A DNA stretch of 49,258 nucleotides, filler included, from Sphacelaria rigidula (GCA_964200075.2; 3 parts of 3 records of this genome joined end to end with filler, not necessarily neighbours in it), one strand, 5' to 3'. Positions 33,636 through 48,600 are shown, numbered from the whole stretch's first letter. Notes: generated by a model from the sequence alone, not told the origin. Made by a program: numbers and translations.

Positions 33636-36600
33636 GTGACACAAGCAACAATAACTGAAATATTGTGGGTCAGGGGCAACCCTGGTCCTACCCCTACGCA
33701 TATTTAGGGGGCCTAGCTTGCCCCAGGTTGCGTTGGTGGAGCCTGTTCTTAGTCGGTACATGAATGTCCGAAACAGCGGGTGGAAAGACAGGACGAAACT
33801 CCATGAAATTCGCGGGTCTGAATTTACATAAATCAAGGGATACTGTATACAATGAATGATCTCGTTGGACTGTTGGGGTTTGCGCCATGGCAGGGATCCT
33901 CGGATAATGGATGAGCTCGCGAGGGCGCAGGGACGATGGCGTCGGAAACTCAACAGCGAGGCGTTTCCGGTTTTGGAGAGGTGGCTCAAGAGATCTGCAA
34001 GGTGCTGAAAGCGAAACACCCACAAGCGTAAAAAACATATCACGCGTCTTGGCCTGCTCATGGTTACGATCGGCCATGCACCATACTAGACGACACATTG
34101 GGTAGGCATGTCGCCACCAGTGTACTGTGGTTCGAGTTGGTCGACGGGTTAGCAGGGGATGTGTGCCACCATCGTCTCAAAATACTTGTGCGCCGCCCGT
34201 AACCAATGTTCAACGCTCTCCACATTTATCGAGAGATGCACAACAAGATATGTCGACGACATAAGGAAATTCGCTGAGGTATACTCAGACTAGTCAACGG
34301 TCCGGACGACTGTGGTAGATTTTTTTCGCGTTCGTGAGTCAGTGTTTTATGAGTGAATCCCATCTATGTTCGCAAAGCTTGCACTGCCATCCGGTACTTG
34401 TGCCTAGTACACTGCTTTACACTAGTTGACACTGATGCTTGCCGTTTTTTCACGTTCGCAGCGAACACTTTCGTTAGACAATTTTCAATGTTCGCGTTTT
34501 GGAGTCGAGGATGAAATATGAGACGGGGTTGAGCTATCGCTGCACAAATATCCATGTGTGGACATCCAGGCAGTCACTATTTTTTTGTTGTTTGGTTGAG
34601 ACCGAACCTATCCCACGGGCACGGTGCTCACCAACCGACACAGGACGGCCAGAAGGCAGCGTCGATAGATGGACCATCGAGAAAAGAGAAGCGTCCACCC
34701 AGATGATGCATGTACTGTAAACCGGGTGTATACACACGGTTAAGAGCTCAGTGGTCGTGAGCCAAGAAGGTTTTGGGGTGAACGCGGAAAAAGAATTGCT
34801 CACAATAGCGATAGGTACTGTGGCCACAGACGACATGGTGCTTACCGTGTGAAGTACGTGATTATCTCAGCACACGTCGTCGCCGCTACACAGGTGTGTA
34901 TCATGCCAGAAGCCAAGTTAAGTATATGAGGTGGTGGCGAAGATTTTAATATCAACACATGATGAAAAAAGTACTTGCATCAGTTGTACTACTGTTAACA
35001 CTACTGTACTGTACCGTGCAACTACAATACACGGCTACACTTTCATGGCCCGCACATGTTACACGCACATGAAAAAGCGTCAGGCCGAGAAATGTTGCTT
35101 GCTGGTGATTGCCCATCCAGCTAGCAACCACACTCGAACAGGCTTGTTTGTTGTCATCAGACAGTGGCAGCTAAAGGGGTATGAAGACCACCGTGGTGAG
35201 ATTCCGTGATGGTGACATTTTCATGTCCGTCATCATGCGTGTTCCATGTGTATTTTTCCGTCCTCCAACCCAATGAATCGAAACTATATTGCAGCAGAAG
35301 CAACGGTTGTACCGACGTACGAACATGCTCTCTCCGCACAACAGAAGCACTTTTATTCGGACCACAAACGAAAGCCCAGGTCGGCGTCGTTGATGGTTTT
35401 GTGTTGGTTGCCTTTGCCGACATAATTTTGTATGGGCAACACAATATTTTACAGACGTTGGGCGTTAATGCGTTCCCCAGAGCGCGCTTTGTCTTATCAC
35501 TTCCCCTCAAAACGCTCTCGGGTTTTCCCTTTCGCGTATCCACCTCCTCCCTCCTCACTCCCGGAGAATCAACATGAGACGAGTGAGCGGGTGGTGTTTT
35601 AGACACCTGTGCTGCCTCTGAAGTCCTCCGACTCTGTTCTCACGACAACCCTTCACATTTGTTCCGCGCGGATCGGTTGTGCCTATCACCTCCACGGTTC
35701 CATCTCAATGCACCCAGATCTACAAGGACGTTCCTGTGGTGTGTGTGGTGTGTGTGGTGTGTGTGGTGTGTGTGGTGTGTGTGGTGTGCTTATGCGTACA
35801 TGCTTCGTACGATTGCAGCTCTCCCCAATCCTATATTCACTAGTGCTTCAGCCTGATGTGTAGGTGTGTCTGCGCGTCCGCGCGCATATGTGTGTGCAAC
35901 GGAACAGGGAAGGAGACACGAAGATCGCGTGCGTGCTGCACGCGCACCTGCTGCTCCTGTTCAAAAACCTGGGGAAAGACGATGTTAACAAGACGGTGGC
36001 ATCCGTCGTGATTTCCGCGCAGGTGACGTCGGGGGCGTCTTGCTGCGTGACACTCATGCTTGCGGTGGTTCAACTTGCCTTGACCGCTCACCAGCTTTAC
36101 GCAAGTCAAAGAACGCCTCATCTCTTGATATCGTCACCCGCAAGTGACTGTAGTTGGCTAGTTTTGTCGTGTTTAGGTTACATCCCTTCGTTCTGGCTCA
36201 CGGGAACTTGTCGACGACCTCTTGGCACTCAGGTGTGGCTCATGGTGCACCATCGCTTCGATCTCGAGGCTCGAGAGGGGGCGCCTGGTGCGCGACGAAA
36301 GTCTGGAGGGGGCACAGAAGGCGGACTGGATAGGATGAGCAGGGCCCTCATGATTCCTCCGACAGAGGTCTTCGAGATCCTCACCCAGCATCGGTGCGTA
36401 TATAGTTGTGGTCGGTGTTGGGAACGCGTATCTGTTCCATAGAGTGTGTGGTCGAAATTATCAAGGAAATTATCCAGTGTGGCAAAATGCGTGCATGCCC
36501 ACGGAAGTACTCCATAGAGAATCATCGAGAAAGCTAAGCAGGAACCTTTCTGTTCCGCACACAGCCTGATATCCAAGTCGGGAACCAAACGATTCTTCCA

Positions 36601-39600
36601 GCAACGTTTTCGGAAACATTGAAAGCTCAACACATGATGATGCCCCTTCCATCATTCTTGCGGTGGAGGTTTTTTCACACTCACTCGATGTCGGCGAGCC
36701 GCAAGGGAGGTGTTCGAGTTTGCACCTTCAGTATGGTTATTTTTCAAATTGGTTTTATTGTTAACAGTTGCTCAATCACCGATTCACTCAGCTTGTGTCA
36801 AATTGCTGTCTTTGAGTTTTCGTGGACTTACGTGCTCTTTTCTCTCATGCACTCTTCTGTTACTATGAATAGCGATGTAGAGCTCTGTGCTTGAGTATCG
36901 GTGGATGCTAACAGCGTGCATTCCCTCTAACAAACTAGGATAAAATAGGCCCCAAAAATATTGACATGCATGGCGTTTTGAAAATGACGTGTACAGCTGC
37001 AGAATAAACGCTGTAACTTTACAAAACCGCGTGGGTGACCTGAACAATGCGCGGTTGCTTTTTCCCCAGCGTCAAGATACTGAAATGGTTGGAGCAGAAC
37101 CCCCTCTTGGCCGATAAGGTCCTGGAGGGAGTGGTGAGGGTTATCACTCTGACCGGAGACAGAACAGCCGCCGGCAAAGCAGAGGTGTTATTCAAGGATC
37201 GACATTGGGAGAGCATCCGCAGGATAAACTGCCGGGGGAGGTGAGGCAGGAGATTGTAATCATATATACATCTCATGTACCCGCAGGCGCAAAGTCCTAT
37301 CATGGATTTTTCTTGCACTCGCTCGGCGGTTCTTTTGCAAGGCCACCGCCGACGACGGGGTAGTAGTAGTATAGTACCCGCCGTTGCTTCTTTGTTTGTG
37401 CAGCCTCGCTTTTATTCGAAGTTTTCGTGGCGATACCGAAGATCTGTTGTCTTCGACTCTCCCCTCCCCGTCCATGTGATGTGATGTGCTCGCTTCACGT
37501 GCCGTGACTTTGTGCTCGTCCACCTCGTTTTCGCCATCTGTGATTATTGTTCCGTTTTGTTTTATGGTAATGTACGGGGCGGTTTCGGATGGTTTTGTCT
37601 AGTTTTGATTATCGCACAGTCACTGACCCCCCTGGGATCCGGCTGTGGTCACATGGTAGACTTACCCGAGATTAAACAGAACGAAAATAGTCGCTGAAGA
37701 AAAGTGAAGAAAACAGGGAGGTAAAACAGACAGTGGACTAAGCCGGAGAAAAAAGTATACATGACCGGCGTCTGCCACATGACTCCGGCGGAATAGACGT
37801 TGCGCAAAAAGCACGCACTCATGCTCAATCGAAAACACAAGGAGGCGTGGGAACAGATTGCGGCTCATCGATGTTGCCCTCATTATTTTGGGTCTAAAGA
37901 TATCATCCATGAACCCTACGAGAGCGACAAACCAAACGACCACTTGCATTCAACGGGAGGAAAGGACACGTACATGGAGCGAGAAGAGAGATGAGGAAGG
38001 AAAGAGAGAGCAGAGTGGGAGACTACAGAAGCGATGAAACCCAAAGGACACAGTACAGTACAGCAGGCACAAACACGCATAAGGGAATACCGCAAAATCA
38101 CCGACCGAGGAAGAAACAACAACCGATGGGAAAAGACAGGCGTGCATCAACTTCCGTGTTAGTCCAGCTTGTCGCATGTATCCCTAGTCGGGTAACAAGC
38201 AGGTCATTGCCTAGTCCATTTACATGTTGGATTCTGCGCAAGCTGTTGCCATTGGCTGCTCTCGACGCAGCACTCGCCTCTCCTTTGTGGCGGCGGCCCG
38301 ATTCTTTATTTGTTGGGGGGATTCTGTACTTGTGTGTATGTTTTTCAGATTCGTGCCCGATACAGAGGTGGTGCAGCATCAGCTAGCACAGCAGGAGCTG
38401 GAGAGCTCGGCTGCTTTGTCGTATGAAGAGTACTTGAGGAGGCTCACCCAGGCTGTGGACACAGAGGTAATCTCGACGATTATTGGATTCATTATGTCAG
38501 CTTCACTGGTCCGCTACATCCAAGGTGACTGGAGGAAAATACTAAGCAAAAAGTCGAGCAGTGTGGGAGTAAAATACGCAAAAATAATGCGAGAGGTACA
38601 AACAGATTCGCGAATGTTTCCTGATGGTGTGATGAAGCATTTCACCATATCAACAAATGATCGAACAAATGGAACACGATCACTTCCGCGGACAAAGACT
38701 CTCATCACCGCATCCGTGTTGTTGATCTGGGATCTGGGGCTCAGGGTCGATCTACGGTAGAGCCACACAATTTCGAAGCAGTGGCGCATGGCGTTCGGTG
38801 ACTGAAATGGATCATGGTGAACAGTGCAAAATAAATGCTCTCTTTCGCATAATGATCTGCTTATAATGTCTCTTCTCAGGTGAATACGCAACTAGGAGAG
38901 TTTACCCTACGGCGACACACCATGGAGACTCTGCCCGCGTCCATCGAAAATCACCCGGATTTCGAGTCTGTGTTTGGAATTGCCGAGGATTCCGCCAGGT
39001 GCGATAACTTCAGTATATGGCGAAATGTTACCTTGGAGCGGCTGAGAGTCCTCGCTTTGTATCACGTCGTTTGTTTTCGTACGTCGTGTCTTTGCTACTT
39101 GAAACAGGCAGTATTTCACACCTAAAGTCGGATTTGAAGTCGGAAACGTGTGGCTTTGGGAAGGGTTCTAGTGGATGTGGACGAAGAAATCCACAGTTAT
39201 CCGTGGCTGAACGGGCAGATATCATCCGAAGGTATAATGTATCGTGCGGGAAGAGTATGCTCAGAGTTTGTATTTTTGGTGTCTTGTTTTCACCCATCTC
39301 AAGTTTCATGGTGCTGATCAGTGGCGGTACGTTTGATAGTTGAGAGGCATCGATTAACCGCTTACAATTACACCCAGGCGTCAGGGACATGACTTGTCAT
39401 CAACTAGCATCCACTTCTCTCTTCTGTTTCTGTTCGCGAGTTACCCCTACATCTCTCCCCATTTTACCTGTCGAAAAGCATCTTGTGCTGGGTGGTGTGT
39501 TGTGGAAAATGACGGCCCACTATTGGGCAAGACCGGATGTTTTTGGAACTCGACTCATCACATGTGCATAGTTTGATTAGTTGTTTGCGGTCTCGATAAA

Positions 39601-42600
39601 GGGCGCACCGATATCCACTTCGCCCCTCCTTCATCAATCCCTCGGGCGCCAAAATTTATTTCGGAACGATATTTCTGGCTGTTCCGTAACGTCGTTAACC
39701 CTTTTGGAACCCATTCACGATTGCTGTTTTTGTGATTCGGCATCATTTTCAGTCATTTTCGAGTCAAAATGATGCCGATCCACTAAGACAAAAATCGGTG
39801 ATGGGTTCCCAAAAATTTCACTGAAATTCAACCGCAGAACAGCTCGTCTCTGTTCACTAGCACCATCTCGATCATACCATGCCGTATATCGTATATTGCG
39901 TGGTTCCCAATCCACGTCAGAAGTATATTATTTCATCCAAGGAAGTTGCTTCTTTGCAAACTTCTCTTTTTCTCGTTTTCACTTTATTGTCTTCGTTCTC
40001 GCCTTTCTTTTACGTTTCCCCGTCACTCAAGTTTCCTGAGTCAGTGCTTGAATTGTTGATCTTGTCTAGTTTTGCTTGTGGCTACGGCTGGTTTCCTTGG
40101 TTGCTTGGGTCGGTTCGTGTGCGATAAACAATCAGTCACTTCCAGAAGCGTTTTGTGTCCGCTCCGTCTTTCACGAGACAACACACAGCACATGCGGAAC
40201 GGCCATAATTGACACTGCCCCTTGATAGTGTACGTTACAACCCGCTTTTCGGCTGTTGTTTTTGTCAAATACGCACTATCGTTGATCTAAAGAATCGGGA
40301 CTACCCACAGTAAAAAATGCACTTCATCCTCCTTGCGGTAACTATGCGTGTTTCATCGGGTCATGAGATTATTAAGACCCACTTATTTATGTTTTTCGAA
40401 ATGCAGCACCGTCGGATGCGCCGAGGTCTTGAACACAACACGGAGAACGTGGCTGAGACTCGTGGGCAGGCGTCATGACGTCCAGCTGTGGGACGAGGAC
40501 ACACGCACGCCCATCCTAGCTTTCAAGCGCGCCTACACTGCGAGGGAGACGGGAGGGGAGTCTTGGGTGGTTAAGGTGCTGGAACCGGTGCGGTCCAGGT
40601 GAGCGGAGCGAGCAGCATATGCAGTCGTTACGCATCAAATCGAGTATCGAAGAAAAAACGACGGGGAACGATATCGGATACCCGCTGTCAAAAATCTGCG
40701 ATATCGATATTATATCCGATATTTCGTACCGCTCGATATCGAATACGATATCGGAACATTCGTCTCCAACCCCTCCCAGAACGTCTAAAATTTGCACTCG
40801 AAGACACTACAGGAACGGGATGATACCTTCGACCACAGTCGACCCTTGCTCAAGTATGCAACGCGTCACGAGCGCTGCTTTCGAGTGCAACTACCTTACG
40901 AGGAGTCGGAGGTCTTTTTGTAATTTTTTCATAGTCGGCGATATTCACTTGTTTTTGCCACTGCGAATGCTTGTGAACGTTCGCCACCCACAAGTTTGGG
41001 GATCGGAAGATGCTAGGCATCCGCTGCACGTTCCGATGCAAAAATCATATTTGTGCTCAATACTGAACGACTTCGAGCTGGATTGAGAAGAGGAATTAAT
41101 GACCGTTTTGGTCTACAGCACATTCCGTTCGGCCCGAGCGTTCGTAAAAGTATTCACGAGGGTGATCAGGACTGATTCCCCCCGCCCCCTCCCCCCCCCC
41201 CTCCCCCCGCGGCCACTGTGCAATGCAGAGCTCGGTTGGGCAATTTCCGTAGTTGGGTATTTTCCGAGTTTTCTCGTCCAGTACTCTCCCTTAACACGCG
41301 AAAATCCTAGCGTCGATAGAGTTTTCTCTTGTAATACTTACGCTTCCTCAGCACGCGAAATCCTAGCGTCGATAGCTATTGCGAAAAGGCGCTGCTCAGG
41401 ACACAATACTGAAGTTGTTGTCGGGGTGAAATTGAGTAAGGACCTTGTTCATCAGGGAGTGTTATCGACCGTCACTAGTAAAAAAAACACAGCTTTCGAC
41501 TCTGGCGCAACGAGTATGTAGAATTTAGAAGAAAAAATAACTTCATATTTGTTTAGGAGAACGGTCGGGATGGCGTCGATCAAGCAAAAATATCCGAGGT
41601 TCAAAACCTGGGGCTGGGTAGTCACAGGACCCCCGAGGACCGGTCAACCCGTAACTCGTTCAATATTGAATGCAGACAACTTTGTATCGGGGTATGGGGC
41701 GAGGGCCTAGTATCTTCTGATCCTCAATTTTTGGGATCAAACGTTCACCGGGATGGGCGGTGGCACGCGAAAACATTGTTGAAAATCGCCACCTTTAATA
41801 ATATAACAAAAATCCCCTGATTCAGCCCGATAAAACCAAGACAGCGCGTCATGAGCGCTGCTTCCGAGCGTATCACATTATTCATTATTTACTTGATCCC
41901 TCGGTGAGCTTGAGACGTACAAGGTGGACGGGCTTATGACGGCTGGGACTCAGACGGGTGCGCCGCCACACACGACGTACCCGCGATATCTACCTGGCGT
42001 ACCTGGCGCTCCGGAATGATTGAGTCTTCGACCTTAGGGATCAGATAGAGGAAATGCGCACCGTAGCATCATTGACATGGAGCCGGATTTCATTGACAAG
42101 CAGTATGCTCAGAATAGGGAAATACGGGACGGCTAGTGTATGAATCGTGTACCTTGAGGTTGCACATAAGCGCGTGGAAGCTTTGTTTCTCGGTAAAACC
42201 TTGGATTCCACTACAGTCTCGTTGCTTGTTCGTGTGAGATTTTGGTTCAACCGCGTCTCGAACCTCATGCTTTGGAGACGCCAAGATATTTTTTCGTGCC
42301 ATCAACGCTAGTAGCAGCAACGTCGGTAGTGTTTTCTCCTTGCAAATAACCTCCGAGCACACCTCACGCGAAAACATCCATGCGCGGGGCATGCGCTTCG
42401 AAATCCGGTTGGACTTTGTCGCCAGATAGACAAAAAATAGACCCACCCTTAACTTGAGTTTCTGTTTTTATCAGTACTCCGAGGAAGCGAAAGATAGCTC
42501 AAAGTATCGCCTGGATATGGGGTTTAAAAAAAGAAGTGAGGAAACATCGGGTTCCAGGTACAGGGTAGACCCATGTGTTGTCTATCTGACGCCAAAGTGG

Positions 42601-45600
42601 CATCCTAGACTTCGAAAAATTGCGCCGCGCACGGCCAGTGGACTCTTCACGTGGAGCCTGGGCTACCCCAGCTCCTACTGCACTGGGTACCGTGATGACT
42701 ACAACACCATAGTCCACGGGCGAAGTAATCATTGTGACTGGTGGCGACAAGACTGTGAGCGATAGACTGGTCTGTACTGAGGCAAAACGCCTATTTTGCT
42801 CTCGAGTTCGTTGTTGATGTGTTGTTTATTCGTTTTTTGCGGATGATTGCTTTTTTTGATGATGTGAAACTGAACAAACTGCTGATTGCTCTGACTGTTA
42901 CCGAAACAGGCACTTCCCGGAGTGGATGCTATTTATGCCTCAGGGGGCCTACAGCGAAGCGCACACCTTTGCGCACCTGTCGGCTTACCACGTCATCGAG
43001 GTCAAGGAACCTGCCCCACACGGTAGGCTTTTGCTGTTTTGAGTGCGTTACATTTTTCATTTCTTGTTTTGTATTTCACGATATTTGATTAAGATAGATC
43101 TTATGACAGTACTCGAAGACATGTTTGACTGACTTCTCGCTGCGCTCGAGTCATCCCTGTGTTGTCGTATTTCTGCCCCCGTTATGTTGTTATGTTGCCA
43201 CGTTTATTTTGTGCTGAATCGCCGGTGTTCGCTTGTGCGTGGTTCGGGTACAATGATGATGTTCAGAACCCTCACCTCGTGTCGTATCGCCTATGTTATC
43301 AATTTCAATGCTGGTTGAATTCGGGTATGGTGGCCCCAAATCCTCAAGGTCCCTACGAGGGTATTCGCACACCGGGTATGGGTATCTCAAGCTACCCGGA
43401 ATATTAATACTCGGTATTCCAGATATCTTATCCAGGTATCGGCCCCCGACAACACTGAGTTCATCAGGGGGCCTGGAATATGGATACTTACGTGGTACCC
43501 GTACCCTCCCCAACCCTCAACTCCTGTGACCGCTATCGGTACTCATGTCGCCCGGCCGACATGCGGCTGTGCTGCGCCTGTTGAGATAAATCTGAGCCGT
43601 TTGTCGTTTGCAGCACAGAAACAACGTTTCCCGTCGGGATGACCATCGCAAGTCCTTTCCTCTGTCTTGAGAGTGATGCGTGGTCAATGGACAAACGACA
43701 AAGGCAAACAACTAATCAGGACGCACGCCCTTTGTTTATGGAAATCCGAATACCATGAAACAGGTGCGGAGCCCGCAGAGGGCGAAGAGGACCCCAAGTA
43801 CATCACGCGCAAAGTGAAGTATCTCAAGGAGGTGGTGGTGGCCAAGGATCCACCTGTGGTGCATGTATTCGATATCGTGGGCCATGGCCGGCGTTTCTAC
43901 CGAACCTTGGTGTTCTCGTCGGATGCGTCACTGTCCCTCGTCTCCCAGACACCCGTGGGGGTGAGAGATCGTTACGATACTGGTGGAGAGGGGGCCCACT
44001 GTAGTGCTTTACCTTTTTGTGTGCTTGTCCCCCAATCAATTAATTTTTTTCCCTGTCGTATTTGTTCATCTCACTAGTTCGTGATTGATGTTTCGGGACT
44101 CCGAAGGCTGGAAGAGCAAAATCAATGGCTCGCTGGCTCGTGCCTCTGTCTTGTTATCATCACGCCGCATTTGAAGGTTCGCACTAGCGCTCGCTCGTCA
44201 ACGTGGAAATGAACGGAGGAATTCTTTTCGGAGCACTGTTCTCTCGGTTCTGTAGACGATGAAGAAATTATTTTGCGCCCATCCTCTCGAACGTTCCCGT
44301 CAGTTGAAGTAGTTTCACGGAGGAGGTCATTGGTGGCTAGATTTGAATCCATCTCGTGGACGTCGGCGCGCATGCCTGGGTTGCTCTCCGGTTCGAATTA
44401 GTACGTTCGCATAACCACGACCCCACTTGGTGTCGTGGAGTTATTGGCACTGTACCGGACTGGTGGGGGATCCCAACTGAACCTTCCAGTGCAAACTGTA
44501 CAGTCAAATTGTGTCCATTTGTGCTGCCGTGCACTTTTTGCGTCTCAAAATTTTATTTAAGGATTATCCTCTGTGAAGATAGATTCCAACAGGTTCGTAG
44601 GCTTGAGTTGCTTCTGGACTATCGACGGAATTTTCCTTTCCATTTCGTGTGTGTGTGCGGCATCTAGAGTCCAGCGTGCGGTCAACATATGATTGATTAA
44701 TTGGTTGTCGCACTTGAACTGACCCCCCAGGGGTCCAGCCGTGGTCTTATGATGGACGTCCTCAGCAAAACGAAACTATGAAGGATGACGAAAACACCTG
44801 GAGCCACCTGGGCCTGTGGATCATTTCCTTTGCATGACCTTTATTTCGTTTTCCTTTCCTTCTCCCTTTTAGATCGTTGAGTTAATTCGTCTTGATTGTG
44901 TTCACTTGCTTTTTTGTCATTCCACTTATCTCCTTCTCGATTTTGTTTTGTTGACTACTGTCCCTTCCTTTTTTTGATAAGGTTCGCTTATCTTGACCGT
45001 CTTTTCTGGTTTGTTGTTTTGTGCGCGATTTCATACCCCGCGTATGCGAAAATCTAAAGGTTACAAGGGAAGATGAGCCGCATGCGCACTTGGCTGCAGG
45101 AAATCCGTTGACCGAACCGTTGAAGGACAGTTCGTTGGTCATCACACGCTCGCCGGAGGTATCAAAACGGGTCTATCGCGACCGACATATGTGTGCCTGC
45201 GGCGTTTTTTTGCTCTCTTTTCTTTTGTTTTTTAACTTGGTCGCGTTAGATTGCAAAACTGGGGTACAGTCCCGTCTGTGAATGCACGAGTAATGCACGA
45301 GTAGATTCACCACGAACCGATACTTGTCTGGACGTTTGTATTGCTGCCGTCATATTTTGATTCGATTTTGCTTCTTATGGGCTTGGCGAATCCTGTCGAT
45401 CATGGGCACAGAACTTAACATGATCCATGTTCATTTTCGTCCCGTGAGACGTTCTGCACCGTATAGCGTCAAATGTTTATTTTCACGCTGAACAGAGATG
45501 ATTAGGATATCCGACCACCCGACGTTGTCCTGCCCATCCCTCTCTATCGACTATGAGATGCTCAAGTGGGGGGGAGAGATATGGGTTGGCTGTTAATCTG

Positions 45601-48600
45601 TTGGTTGGAAGAAATGATCCAATTCATCGTTGCCATCTTGGCTGTTTTTTCCAGGTGCTTGGTGCAGGAGAATCGGTGTACATTCCGCTGCGCCTGCTGC
45701 GGGGAATTGTTCCGGAAGTGCTGCTTCATTCCTTCCACTTCTGGCAGTATCAGGTATTTGCAGCGCCGCGTGCATTTCAAGATAACATACAATGTTGACC
45801 TTCATGTGACCGCGATTTCCCTCGTGATCTGTAAGTCGCCATTAAACACTTCAGTTCAGAGTACGGACAACCAACGGTACTTGAGTTCAAAGAAACCCCC
45901 ACGACTGATGACTCGACTTTAGAGTTCCTGCTTAACGATTTTGTGGTGCTATTATCGCCCGTTTCGCTGTATTTGATGATGGCTTCTCTCAGGATGACGG
46001 CCTCGTCGGTATCCCCACGAAATTCAACCGGTACAAGCGGGGGGGCAAGAAAGTTGACGACAAAGACAAAGCCGTCGACAGTAGCGCCGACAAGCCCAGC
46101 GACGGCCCTGGCGGTGGCGAAAAGACAATTGCCGATGGCGACAACAATATTGGCACTATTCCCGAAGAGGGGGAGGGGGAGGTCGGCGGAGGAGCAGGAC
46201 TGACGCTGATCAAGATCCGACTCTTCAAGGAGGTCAAGAAGGACGAGGCAAGTCTGTCCGACTGAAGGAAGGCAAACGATTCATCGCCTTTTTATTTTGG
46301 GCCATTTTTATTGTTTTCCGAAGTTCTGAAAAGATGGATGGTTTTGGACCACATCCCCACCCGTTCACGGTCTACATGAGGCGTATTTTGTGTGAAAACC
46401 GATCAAGGATGTGTGGCGTCTGCTCTTGCACAGTATTAGCCCAGTTCGCAGAAGATGATGGTGCGCACGTGCCTGCTGTTATGCCATCGAATCGGCGTGC
46501 GTCGCAGTAACAAGCGACAGCTTTGATACAAGCTAAGGACGACGTGTGGGCAAGTGAACACCTGCGACTGGGGTGTCAACCCCGGGGTCCATCGGTAGCT
46601 GTTGGCCCCGTCCACGGCGGCTTCCTGATATGAAGGGCGACTGGACGGGTGCACTGTTGAGTCGTGCGTAGCCGCGACATCACTTTTGGTTACTGCGAGG
46701 GTATCTCTAGGATCTAACCGTTGTCCTTAGCCTCTCATCATCCGACCCCTGGCCCTAGCCCTACAGCCTATGCCAACATTGCTCGACCTGCGGTCGCTGC
46801 CTCTCCCTTATTCTGTGCTCTACAGAGCGGCCAAGGTCACAGCGAGGCCTTCGGAGTCATCACACGAGTGCATTTTCCGGACGTCGAACTACCCCGCTTG
46901 GCCAAGGCGCGTGCTCCAGACAACACAGAGGAAGCCTTAGCAGCTACACAGGCGCCAACTTCGTCTAGTGCTGCTATTTCGGAAGATGGTTTGGTGTTGA
47001 GGACGAGCAGTGGCGTCGGTAGGGAGAAAGAAGAGGCGGCTGCGGAGGCGGAGCTTTTGGATACCCTGGTGGGGCTGGTGGCGCTGAGAGGTGAGAAGCA
47101 AAATATATTCACGATTCCACATCATGGGCAGTTGAGATGATCAAAATAATTGCTTGAAAAAAAGCTGGAAGAGCGCTGCTGCCGTTGTGTGCGTTTTCTC
47201 CATGTGCCGCATCGCATGCGTTGAAAAACAATGCTAGTGAGAAAAACGAGATTTTCAAGCTGTATGTTCAGTGGAGAAAAGCAGGCGTCGCGGCTTGAGG
47301 TGACGTGCCACGTCAAATTTATGAAACGCTTTCACATGGAAATCAAAATTCCGCATGCCAGGAATAAACCGCCGGAGTCTCTGGTACTGTGTGGGCGGTG
47401 GAAAGGGGTAGCTGTTCTTCACCGCATATCGCAGCTATTATCGCTGTGTCGTCTCTAGTTATCGTGCGTACACGTGTTGAACGCGGTTATTGGTCCTGCC
47501 TTTGACTCTAGAAAGGCGTGTAGTATAAGCAGAGGACTGACAAGCTTGTTGCGCACCTCATGGCTTCCGTGGCCCTGTGAGGTGACAGCAGCAGTAGCGC
47601 ACGGCGGTAAAGTTGGGCAGTGCGGGTGGTGATGCTGTGATACGCAAGGATGGAGTTTATTTTGTGCAGCAAAACAACTCTGCTGCGATTTCACTCGATG
47701 ATCCACATGTCTTTGTATTGGAGGCGCTTGTTGTGTCCGAGGATGCCCTCCATCGCACAACTACACCATCATCGAAGGGCGACGGTGGTTCAATATTCCG
47801 TGTTGCCGATGTCATTGCTACTGGTGCCTCTTGTTGACTACCTCGGGCGGACGAGACGTGTGTTTTCGACGACGTCCACAACCTTTTCTCGTCGTTTTCG
47901 TCCGGTGTTCGTTTCATGTCTGTTGTTGGGGCTGGCTGATCACAGGAGGCGTTGGTGACGTGGCGCCGCATGGAAGCGGAGGTCTCGGGGCGGAAGGTGG
48001 TTCTCTGGGGAACGGGCGCTATGTAGCCAGACTTTCGGAGGGGCGAGAAAGTTCGGGTCGGGTAACAGAATCGACGCTGCTGAATCTTCTCTTTGTTCCC
48101 GATGGAAGGTTCGTCACCCGTGATCGAGTTTTGTGGTTTGAAAAAACGATTACTACTCCGAAAATGTATCAGAGGGAGAATGTGGACTGTCAAGGTTTCT
48201 TGGACAAGATCATGCTTCACTGAAATGGAGTTTTATTCTTTTTCTTCTCTTCTCTTCTCTTCTCTCTTTTTTTGGAGGGGGGGGGGGGGGTGCGTTGCCG
48301 CTGCTCGGTATGGCGTGCATGACAATAACTCATGATGGGCTCTTCAGACTGAAGGTGCGTCCGTCGCGGGTTACGTGTACGGTCGTAGAATACAGCACAG
48401 GGTGGAAATTTCAATCCAGTCATACTGACTGAAGACCGGCGCCGGCACACGTTTGGGTTTCATGCTCTCGGTTTTGTCCACTTCGTTTTCGTTCAATAGT
48501 CCGATGAAGACCTTGGCGAAGGCGCTCCTCAGGTTGGACGGGCTCAGTCATGTGCTGGCGTGGACAAGGGACCCCGTCCTCGCCTGCAAAGATCCCGCAG

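Noticed and set aside
47613..47837. 74-aa ORF as an additional exon of the large gene
   Set aside because: Its acceptor phase is incompatible with the flanking exons and the required frame contains a stop.
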